From positions 738 to 64,737 of the forward strand of contig CAYPEY010000001.1 of assembly GCA_964409955.1 (NCBI GenBank): DNA of 64,000 nucleotides, given 5' to 3'. The notes beneath the pieces were generated by a model, which saw only the letters and a program-made list of their open reading frames with translations, was not told the DNA's origin and searched no databases. A program made the position numbers and the translations under genes. Each line of letters opens with the position of its first letter. The first letter of the stretch is position 1. The stretch comes from an uncultured Staphylococcaceae bacterium. GTDB lineage: Bacteria > Bacillota_I > Bacilli_A > ML615J-28 > CAG-313. This document shows, one piece after another, positions 31,332 through 39,505 of this stretch.

Positions 31332-34130
31332 TTACTTTTTCTTATTTAACATAAATGCACCAAGAGATGCTAAAGTTATGAATGATGTAAATACAAGAAT
31401 TGTTGATGAGTCACAAGACATACAACTTTCTTTTTCAACAATCTGATCATATTTAGCATATAAATCAATATTTGAAGTTATTGGTGTTTCAAAATTAAAT
31501 TCTTCATCATTTAAATACCATCCACGTTCTGTATGATCTTTAACATATGGGATACTGATGCTTGTTGCACATTCTCCTTCAGTTACAGTTTGTGAAGTAA
31601 TTAATTGATTATCTTTATTATAAAAATTAACTGTAAATTTAGCTTTTGGCTCTTCCCATTTAGCATATAAAGTTGTATTTTCAAGTATATGGCAAGGAAA
31701 TTCTACTTTTTCAGTTAATAAACTATCTTTATACCATCCAGCAAACACATATCCTGTTTTTGTAGGAACACCAGGATTTTCAAAAAGGCTATCAGTTGAT
31801 TGATAAATATCATTATAAGTAGCTCCACCATTTGTTACAAACTTTACTATATATTGTTTAGGATAACAATTATAAACAGCAGTGATAGTCATATCACTTG
31901 TTACATTATTAAACTCTTTATCCCATTCTTTGAACCCATATGTATACATAGCATCTGAATCCATTTTTGGATTATCTGGAGCGATAGCATATTGACCATA
32001 AGCGACTTCTTGAGTTTTAAGTACTGTTCCATCCATATTTTTGAATATTACTGTAAACGAGTGAATAATTAAATCATAAACTGCTTGAACTGTTAAATCA
32101 CTTGTTACATTATAAAATAATGTATCCCATCCTGCAAAACTATAACTATATTTTAAAGACTCTTCACGAGATGGAGTAGTAGGTGGAGTAGCTGTTGTGC
32201 CATATTTTACACTTTCAGTTTTCAACACACTACCATCATAGTCAATAAATGTTACAGTATAGCTTGTTTGGTTAGTAGCTCCTGTATATGAATTAAGTGT
32301 TACTTCACAATATTTTGTAATATCTGTTTTTAATATTCCTTTAATAATTGTTGTCCCGTTTGTTTTTAAAGTTACTACACCGTTTGAAATAGTGCCAACA
32401 CTAGTATTTGAACTAGTCCATGTAAAATCAGTTACGTTATAACCATCGACAAAAAGGTAAGCGTTTGTGCCTTTTGTTAAATTTACTACATCTTGAAAAG
32501 GTTGTGCATCTGTAGATGATGAAGTTGTACTAACCTTTACTTCAAGTGGTGCCTTTTCATAGCTTACAGCATATTTACTAGGTTTACCGATTGTATTAGT
32601 ATAAGATACTGGAACAACATCATAAACAAAGTCTCCAGTTAAAGAATCAGTCCAAGACATAATTTCATCTGTACCACCAACAAAATCTACTATTTGACTA
32701 TTTGAATAATCGATTTCATCAGATGATCTATAAATTATATAATATTTAGCATCTTCTAAATTCTTCCAACTTATTGTGTTCTTATTAATAACTAAGTTTT
32801 CTACTGCGCCAATTTCAATAGATTCAAAGCCTGCTACCTCAGGAAGAGGGACAAGATGTGTCCATGATTTATTTTTAATCATATCCATATGAACTTTAGC
32901 ATCTGTGTCATTGTCATCATATGCTGCTTTCATATGTTTAAACGAGAATATACAAGTACCATCAACATTTTCTAAATTACTTGTAATACAAGTTTGTTCA
33001 TAAGCTTCTGCTTCATTAGAATATGTTTTCCACATGTAAATCCCCATACCGGAATATAGGTTAACATCTTTATATTTTACTGCCGCATTCCACCATTTCA
33101 TCAAACTTTCAAATGGACCTGAACTATGAGATTGTTGCCAATAAGTTTGAGGAAGAATATAGTTAATCAGTTCTTCGTTAATCCATTTTAAAGTATCGCA
33201 ATATAAATATGATTCATAATGTTCTTGACAACCTACAGTTCCACCTTTAGGATAAGTTAGGTCCCCATTTGCATTATATTGATAATTAGTAGAATTAGCT
33301 TCACTCCAACTACTTGCGTTTCTATAAACTCCAGTTGGTGAAATACCAAGCTGAACAGTTTTATTATTTTCTTCGTTATAAGCATCAAGTTCACTTTTTA
33401 AATCTCTAATAAATGTTGTAACTTGTTCTCTTCTAAAATCAGCAATAGATAAACCACTTGTGTTATAAATTGAGCGTGTTGTATAGTCATTAATTCCTTT
33501 TGCGTAAAAATAATCATCAAAGTGAATTGCATCAACATCATAGTTTTCAACAACTTCCATGCAAGTGTCAATAATAAATTCTCTTACCTCAGGTCGTCCT
33601 GGGTCTAGTATATGAATTGATTCCCCTAGTAAGATGTTATCTGGATTAGATGCAGGATTTGTTGGATAATCTTTATAAGCTTCTACGATTTCTTCTTTTG
33701 TTGAATATAAATCACTCTTACTAATACGATAAGGATTAAGCCATGCATGAAACTCGATACCTCTTTTATGAGATTCTTCAATAATATAAGCTAACGGATC
33801 AAATGTTTCAAAATCAAGACCTACAAGTTGTGGATTAAGTTTATTAATTTCTGAATTATACCATGCATCATGAGTTGCACGAATATGAAATACTATCGCA
33901 TTCATATTGTAATATTCTAATATATCTAAAATATTGTCTACTGATTCTTTATATTTATCAATAGATTGAAATTCTATTTCTCCTATATAACTACTTACCC
34001 AAGCAGCACGAAATTCAGTTTCCGGTTCATTGTATGTTGCGGCATCCACTTTAGGAGTGCTTACGTTTATACATAATATTAAAAATAACAAAATAGTTAA
34101 TGTTAAAATAATCTTTTTTAAATTTTTCAT
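31332..34130 (-). CDS. Large surface protein: GHL10 (DUF187) glycosyl-hydrolase-like domain, Ig-like domain, several Flg_new repeats and a C-terminal TM anchor
   Basis: Start taken at MKNLKKIILTLTILLF (signal). EFRAAWV...NAIVFHIRA...EFHAWLNPYR is typical of GHL10. Four Y.V.F...G....Q.V.YG..A..P modules end in LYAKW/AVY. The terminal hydrophobic stretch is followed by NKKK. Confidence 0.85.
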   Translation of the reverse strand: MKNLKKIILTLTILLFLILCINVSTPKVDAATYNEPETEFRAAWVSSYIGEIEFQSIDKYKESVDNILDILEYYNMNAIVFHIRATHDAWYNSEINKLNPQLVGLDFETFDPLAYIIEESHKRGIEFHAWLNPYRISKSDLYSTKEEIVEAYKDYPTNPASNPDNILLGESIHILDPGRPEVREFIIDTCMEVVENYDVDAIHFDDYFYAKGINDYTTRSIYNTSGLSIADFRREQVTTFIRDLKSELDAYNEENNKTVQLGISPTGVYRNASSWSEANSTNYQYNANGDLTYPKGGTVGCQEHYESYLYCDTLKWINEELINYILPQTYWQQSHSSGPFESLMKWWNAAVKYKDVNLYSGMGIYMWKTYSNEAEAYEQTCITSNLENVDGTCIFSFKHMKAAYDDNDTDAKVHMDMIKNKSWTHLVPLPEVAGFESIEIGAVENLVINKNTISWKNLEDAKYYIIYRSSDEIDYSNSQIVDFVGGTDEIMSWTDSLTGDFVYDVVPVSYTNTIGKPSKYAVSYEKAPLEVKVSTTSSSTDAQPFQDVVNLTKGTNAYLFVDGYNVTDFTWTSSNTSVGTISNGVVTLKTNGTTIIKGILKTDITKYCEVTLNSYTGATNQTSYTVTFIDYDGSVLKTESVKYGTTATPPTTPSREESLKYSYSFAGWDTLFYNVTSDLTVQAVYDLIIHSFTVIFKNMDGTVLKTQEVAYGQYAIAPDNPKMDSDAMYTYGFKEWDKEFNNVTSDMTITAVYNCYPKQYIVKFVTNGGATYNDIYQSTDSLFENPGVPTKTGYVFAGWYKDSLLTEKVEFPCHILENTTLYAKWEEPKAKFTVNFYNKDNQLITSQTVTEGECATSISIPYVKDHTERGWYLNDEEFNFETPITSNIDLYAKYDQIVEKESCMSCDSSTILVFTSFITLASLGAFMLNKKK

Positions 34131-34342
34131 ACGTCTTTCACCTTTCATCAACAATTATACCATTATTTAATAAAAATTGCTATAAATTAGAATTAATTTA
34201 CTATAGCAATATTAGGTAAATTGTATATATTTTACTTTTGAGTGTAGATTATGATTGCTGAATTAACATATTCAGCAGTACCTTCTATTTGTTTAATTTG
34301 AATTTTTTATCAATCTATGGTAAAATGCTTGTATAAAAATTG

Positions 34343-34368
34343 GTACTTAAAGGTGTACCTTTACAAAC
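34343..34368. other. Candidate serine-recombinase crossover site (12-2-12 imperfect palindrome)
   Basis: GTACTTAAAGGT-GT-ACCTTTACAAAC. 9 of 12 positions are symmetric around a central GT. It lies about 100 bp upstream of the recombinase gene. Confidence 0.3.
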
Positions 34369-34464
34369 CATACTACTTAAGTCATCCAGGAATGGGTGGC
34401 TTTTTTAAACAAAACAAATGAAGGGACATTTTGTTATAATGTTCTTATTCATAGGAGGTTAGTT

Positions 34465-35055
34465 ATGAAATATGATTATGTAAGAGTATCAACACAAACA
34501 CAAAATATCGCAAGACAAACGGAAGAAATGTATAAACTAGGATTAACTGATGATGTTATTTTTGTTGATAAGCAAAGTGGTAAGGACTTTGCTAGAACTA
34601 GTTATAAAATCTTAAAGTCTAAACTAAAACAAGGTGATCTACTTATCATCAAATCAATCGATAGGTTAGGTCGAAATTATGATATGATTATTAATGAGTG
34701 GCAAGATATTACAAAAATTATTGATGCCGATATATTTGTTATTGATTTTCCTTTACTTGACACAAGGGTTGAAGGTAAAAACCTAGTTGGTAAATTTATA
34801 TCTGACATTGTGTTACAAGTCTTAAGTTTTGTGGCACAAAATGAAAGAGAGAATATTAGGCAACGACAAGCTGAAGGAATAAAAATTGCTAAAGCTAATG
34901 GTGTACATATGGGTCGTCCTAAATACAAGCTTCCTGATAACTTTGAAGAAGTTGTACGAAAGTTTCATAATAAAGAAATAACAAATGTTAATGCTGCTAA
35001 AATGCTTAATATGACACGTGGAACATTTCTAAAATACTCTAAAATGTATAAATAA
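34465..35055 (+). CDS. Small serine recombinase (resolvase/invertase family)
   Basis: ATG at 34465 preceded by AGGAGG. MKYDYVRVSTQTQNIARQ carries the catalytic Ser, followed by the DRLGR motif and a C-terminal HTH. Confidence 0.9.
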   Translation: MKYDYVRVSTQTQNIARQTEEMYKLGLTDDVIFVDKQSGKDFARTSYKILKSKLKQGDLLIIKSIDRLGRNYDMIINEWQDITKIIDADIFVIDFPLLDTRVEGKNLVGKFISDIVLQVLSFVAQNERENIRQRQAEGIKIAKANGVHMGRPKYKLPDNFEEVVRKFHNKEITNVNAAKMLNMTRGTFLKYSKMYK

Positions 35056-35132
35056 CATCTAGTAAAATAAGTGTTATTTTTTTTTACGCAAAAAAAGCAC
35101 CAAAGCACTATGCCTTGATGCGTATATTTGTG

Positions 35133-36458
35133 TTATTTTTTAATTTCCCAATGACCTTTCTTACTTGTCCCTACATATATAATACACTGTGATTCTTTAA
35201 TAATTCTTTGTACTGTTTTTGTTGTTTTACCAATTGCTTTAGCCATTTCTTCTTTTGTCGCATTTGGATTATTACTAATGATCTCAATAATAATATCCAA
35301 ATCTGATTTTTGGGGGACATTTCGGGGGACATTTTGGGGGACATTTTGAATTTCTTCTCCAATATTATATGCAAATGGTATTTTTACCTTTATGAAATTA
35401 TCTAAAAATTCAAATACATCCTTATTATACTTATCAACTATTAATGATACACCATGTCCTGTTTGTTCAATTAAACCAAGTTGAATGAATATTCTTGCTA
35501 GAACATCATTAACTGGTCTACTGATTCCACTAAAGAAATCTTGTTTTGTTAAGCCACTTGCTAAACCACCTGTTGAAATAATTTCAAGATGGTCATCAAA
35601 AACATATACGGCAGGTGGAGTTCCATCCATCCAATCATTATGTAAACAAGCATTATACCAACTTTCTCTAAAAGCATCTGTATCAAACAATCTTATATCT
35701 TTTCTAATACCATTTTCAAAAATCGTTTTTGTTGTATTAATAACATCAACACAATAATCATATGCTTGTTTCATAGCTACAATTAAGCATTTGTATCCAT
35801 ATTCATTACGATATTTAATATTGCTGGCTTTTGTATGGCCATCAAATACAACTACTTTTATAGATGTATCATTCTCATCGGCTAATAAATTTGCTTGGAT
35901 ATTATACTTATTATCTTTAGTTAATAACTTCAAATTATTTTCAAAAGTTTCATCATTTACTGATAACCCTTTTTCAGTATATAACATTTTTAAATATTGA
36001 AATTTTAAATTTTGTTCTCTAGATTCAATATCAATAATTTTACTATTTCTAGTCATATATCTATTAAAGTAATTTGCAATTTGTTCTTCAGTCATTGATT
36101 TAGCTGTTGTTCCTATTCTCATATAACAACCTGTAGCACTTCTACCATATTTCTTAATGTAGTATAATGAATTACCTTTTAATACATCAATTTTTATGAT
36201 CCATTTTCCATCTTCCATAAACGCTGATGTAGTAACAAACTCTTGAGGATTAGGAAGAATTTTATCAGTAATTATATCAGATATCTTTTTCATTGATTCA
36301 TCTAATTTACTTGTTGGAATTCCTACAACATTACCATTATTTTCAACACCAATATAAATTGTACCATTATTAGTATTCAAAAAAGCAACAATTTCTTTCT
36401 CAACTTTCTCATTTAAAACACCCTTTAATTCAACATCATGTGTTTCAGAAAATTCCAT
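35133..36458 (-). CDS. COG2865-type protein: AlbA_2 (Schlafen-like) DNA-binding domain, HATPase_c_4-like domain and a C-terminal HTH
   Basis: ETHDVELKG...EIVAFLNTNNGTIYIGV is typical of AlbA_2. The central part has IEQTGHG. The C-terminal segment KEEMAKAIGKTTKTVQRIIKE is an HTH. Confidence 0.75.
   Translation of the reverse strand: MEFSETHDVELKGVLNEKVEKEIVAFLNTNNGTIYIGVENNGNVVGIPTSKLDESMKKISDIITDKILPNPQEFVTTSAFMEDGKWIIKIDVLKGNSLYYIKKYGRSATGCYMRIGTTAKSMTEEQIANYFNRYMTRNSKIIDIESREQNLKFQYLKMLYTEKGLSVNDETFENNLKLLTKDNKYNIQANLLADENDTSIKVVVFDGHTKASNIKYRNEYGYKCLIVAMKQAYDYCVDVINTTKTIFENGIRKDIRLFDTDAFRESWYNACLHNDWMDGTPPAVYVFDDHLEIISTGGLASGLTKQDFFSGISRPVNDVLARIFIQLGLIEQTGHGVSLIVDKYNKDVFEFLDNFIKVKIPFAYNIGEEIQNVPQNVPRNVPQKSDLDIIIEIISNNPNATKEEMAKAIGKTTKTVQRIIKESQCIIYVGTSKKGHWEIKK
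35312..35347. repeat. Three tandem 12-nt units inside the CDS
   Basis: gggggacatttc, gggggacatttt, gggggacatttt. They encode QNVPQNVPRNVPQ on the minus strand. Confidence 0.9.
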
Positions 36459-36742
36459 ATTAGTTCCTTCCTTTCTCATTTTATTATACCTATTATAATA
36501 TATTTCTATGCTAAAATTATACCATATTTTCTTTATTTATACCAGCAATTATGACTTTTTTAATATCTATATTTTCTACATTTTTTTATTAATTTCCTAA
36601 AATTTGGTCCACACCGTCTTAACCCTACTGCCCCTGCTCTTTACCCTTAAATGAAATAAAAGTCTGCTACAGCCATTAAAAATCGGTCCATTTTTGGTCA
36701 TGGTCTTATAATGCGGGTATTATTTCTTACAACATCTATATA

Positions 36743-36768
36743 AAGCAAAAGAGGACAATTAAGTCCTC
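36743..36768 (-). terminator. Rho-independent terminator after the GGCT-like gene
   Basis: gaggac-aattaa-gtcctc, followed on the minus strand by TTTTGCTTT. Confidence 0.7.
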
Positions 36769-36799
36769 CAAAGGTTTTAGAAACACACATTTTCTCTTA

Positions 36800-37225
36800 T
36801 TATAATCTATTTTTAGTGTCTTCTATAGCTTCAACCAGGTATGCAATATCTAATCCTACATCTTCATATCCTTGAATTATCGTGTTGATATAGTCCTTAT
36901 ATGGCATTGATGGTTTACCATAGTTCATTATGTATACCATTGCATTCACCTTAGTTCCATCATCCATTTCTACATCAATCATTTCTTTTCGGTATAAGCT
37001 TGGGTATCCTTCATATCTATCTAATGCTTTTTCATCACTATTTTCAATCTTCCATACTGCAACAGAAACTTCCTCTTTTAAGCAAGGTTCAATTGTTACT
37101 ACTCTTCTAAACGTTAACTTATAATCAATTATCTTTCCTGTTCCTACTACACTTGCAGTGGGGCATCTCCACCCCATCTGCATCATGTTTAGGTTACTTC
37201 CATATGCTACATATAATTTACTCAT
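36800..37225 (-). CDS. Gamma-glutamylcyclotransferase-like (AIG2/GGACT fold) protein
   Basis: The MSKLYVAYGSNLN start motif (YGSL/YGSN) and a downstream E..Y..Y..V pattern. Confidence 0.7.
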   Translation of the reverse strand: MSKLYVAYGSNLNMMQMGWRCPTASVVGTGKIIDYKLTFRRVVTIEPCLKEEVSVAVWKIENSDEKALDRYEGYPSLYRKEMIDVEMDDGTKVNAMVYIMNYGKPSMPYKDYINTIIQGYEDVGLDIAYLVEAIEDTKNRL

Positions 37226-37242
37226 TTTATCATTTTCCTTTC

Positions 37243-37761
37243 TTATGCCATTTGTGTTTCAGGTCGACCATTTCTGAATGCGATGTCTCCATCTAGGTTT
37301 TCTAGTAAGAAGTTTCTTGTAGTTTTGAATTCTTCTCCGATTAGTCCTAGTCTTAGTAACCAAGTTCTGAATGTGTACTTTTCATTTGTTGTCGCAATCT
37401 TTCTTGGTGATGATGCTTTTTGTGTTAATGGTTGGTGGCTTATTGCTAGGCATAGTTGAATGTATGTTTTAATAAGGCTAGCTAATATTTCATCAGTACA
37501 TAAATAATAATTTTTTGTAATAAAATCTTGTAATGTTTTTACAAGATTTTGAACCTTGACAGACTCAACACTTTCTTTATTTTTAAAACAAATTGAAAAC
37601 TCTTTAAAAATATCTGTCATCTCACAAGCTAAATCATTCCGTTTTTCTTTTGAATAGTTTTTTGTTTTTTCTTTGTATTCATTATATTCCTTTGTATTTG
37701 ACCACTTTTTTTCAACTTCACTATCGTATTTTCTTAACTTGCTATTATCAAATGTATTCAT
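37243..37761 (-). CDS. Hypothetical protein, probably chimeric (TipAS-like N-terminal part fused to an unrelated, more GC-rich C-terminal part)
   Basis: The N-terminal KKWSNTKEYNEYKEKTKNYSKE... resembles TipAS antibiotic-recognition domains. Composition changes visibly near 37450. The C-terminal RTWLLRLGLIGEEFKTTRNFLL segment has a different character. Confidence 0.4.
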   Translation of the reverse strand: MNTFDNSKLRKYDSEVEKKWSNTKEYNEYKEKTKNYSKEKRNDLACEMTDIFKEFSICFKNKESVESVKVQNLVKTLQDFITKNYYLCTDEILASLIKTYIQLCLAISHQPLTQKASSPRKIATTNEKYTFRTWLLRLGLIGEEFKTTRNFLLENLDGDIAFRNGRPETQMA

Positions 37762-37765
37762 AGTT

Positions 37766-38527
37766 TTATTCCTTCTTTATGTATTCATTATTATATTCTT
37801 TTAAAATTCTAAAAAAAGTAGAACGTGAAACATTTAATTTCTTACATACTTCTTCAACCGATATTTTATTATTTTTATATTCTTCTATCATAGAATATAA
37901 AAATAACGGATCTATATCTTTTTTCTTTCTTCCTACTTTTTGAGTGTTATCCTTAAAGAAAAAATACGAATTATAATATAATTTTTTTAATATTATGTAA
38001 ATTTCTTTTCGGTTTTTATCATTTATTTCGATATCTTCTATAAAAACATTATAACCTTGACAAATATAATTTAATAAATTTTTTAAGTTTAAATTAACAT
38101 TTTTTTTGAAATCTTCGTTCTGTAATTTAATTACTTTATTATCATTTTTTCTTTCAACAAAAAAATTATCTCCTGAGTATTTATAATCTGTATTAATTAA
38201 CCATTCTAAGGGATTATAATAATCTAGACCGGCTTCCATTAGTTCTTCATATAAATTTTCTCTATTTTTCATAGGGCATCTTTCTGATATAAATACTGGC
38301 ATAATATTTTCTCTAACATATTCTTCTTTTTTTAATTCCAAATTTAAGCCTGGAATGCCTTGAAAAAAATCATCATTTGTCAATTCTATAATATTATAAT
38401 TAGGTTTGAATATAAACTTATAACTTTCATCTTCTTTGATAATATATTCAATTTCACAAACTGAATATGTTAAATTCAATTTATCTTTAATTTTTATTTC
38501 CGCAATTGTTGAATAATAATTCATCAT
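37766..38527 (-). CDS. Hypothetical protein with a C-terminal resolvase-type HTH, downstream partner of the HipA-like kinase
   Basis: ISVEEVCKKLNVSRSTFFRILKEY near the C-terminus. It overlaps the kinase ORF by 41 nt. Confidence 0.6.
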   Translation of the reverse strand: MMNYYSTIAEIKIKDKLNLTYSVCEIEYIIKEDESYKFIFKPNYNIIELTNDDFFQGIPGLNLELKKEEYVRENIMPVFISERCPMKNRENLYEELMEAGLDYYNPLEWLINTDYKYSGDNFFVERKNDNKVIKLQNEDFKKNVNLNLKNLLNYICQGYNVFIEDIEINDKNRKEIYIILKKLYYNSYFFFKDNTQKVGRKKKDIDPLFLYSMIEEYKNNKISVEEVCKKLNVSRSTFFRILKEYNNEYIKKE

Positions 38528-39383
38528 TTTCCTCCTGTTTCAATTTTTCATAAGATGCTTTTAGGATTAACTCATATCTTTGTTTTATTATGTGTTTATA
38601 AAATTTTTTATGAGTTTCACTTATAAATTCAGTATTATCTATTATTTCATTTATTTCATCTATAGAAATTTTACCATATATCTTCTTTAATGCATCATTA
38701 CACTCTTTGAATTGCAAAGAATTTATAACTTCATAATAAGAACTTTTTTTATTATTTAATTTAATTTGAGATGTTGGAAAAGTAAAAACTCTTAAATCTG
38801 TTTCTTTTTTTGAAGTTATAACTTCTATCATTTTAGACTCATCTATCATTTGAGGAAATAAACAAGACCCATTATCAAAAACAGGTGCTAGTTTGTATTT
38901 ATTTTTTTCTTTCAAAAACCCCCAATTTCCTCCATGTCTATCAAAATTACCGAGTAAAGCATCTACTATATACATTTCCCAGAAAAAGTCAATTGTCTCA
39001 TCTACATTAGTAATTTTCTGGTTCTCACAAAGCATACTAATAATCTCTTCATATGAATATTGATACTTTTCCTTATCTTCTTCTATACTTGATTCTCCAA
39101 TATCATTAAATGGTATAAACTGAGTGTTACCATTTACAAAATCCTTGCACGCTACAACTTGTTCTTTGTTATATAATCCTAAATATACGAGTTGTGTTTC
39201 AAACCCTAAATAAGAAAAAATTTTACTACCCAAATATTCTGATATATGATTAAATCTTTTTCCAAATTGCGTATTTTTTTGAAATTTTATCATATAATTA
39301 TTTTTATTAATTATTATACCTATTTTCCTTTCAGAACCCCCATATCTAATTTTACTTAATTCATATTTACTAAAATCAAACAT
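38487..39383 (-). CDS. HipA-like Ser/Thr kinase (C-terminal kinase core only)
   Basis: GGSERK Gly-rich loop, LLGNFDRHGGNWGFL catalytic motif, and APVFDNGSCL. Confidence 0.75.
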   Translation of the reverse strand: MFDFSKYELSKIRYGGSERKIGIIINKNNYMIKFQKNTQFGKRFNHISEYLGSKIFSYLGFETQLVYLGLYNKEQVVACKDFVNGNTQFIPFNDIGESSIEEDKEKYQYSYEEIISMLCENQKITNVDETIDFFWEMYIVDALLGNFDRHGGNWGFLKEKNKYKLAPVFDNGSCLFPQMIDESKMIEVITSKKETDLRVFTFPTSQIKLNNKKSSYYEVINSLQFKECNDALKKIYGKISIDEINEIIDNTEFISETHKKFYKHIIKQRYELILKASYEKLKQEENDELLFNNCGNKN

Positions 39384-39467
39384 TTTTAACCCCCTATTAT
39401 TCTTTATTATACTACATTTGTTTTAAAGTGTCAAATTAAAACTTTTATTTTTGAGACTAAAATGCTT

Positions 39468-39499
39468 AAAAAAAATAACTCTACATAGTAGAGTTATTT
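39468..39499 (-). terminator. Rho-independent terminator after the GCKR-like gene
   Basis: aaataactcta(c)-ata-(g)tagagttattt, with a T-run on the minus strand. Confidence 0.8.
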
Positions 39500-39505
39500 T
39501 GACAA

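Noticed and set aside
35171-35374. 67-aa minus-strand ORF overlapping the COG2865 gene in another frame (MSPKMSPEMSPK…).
   Set aside because: It is an alternative-frame reading of the 12-nt tandem repeat. The long frame with recognisable domains is preferred.
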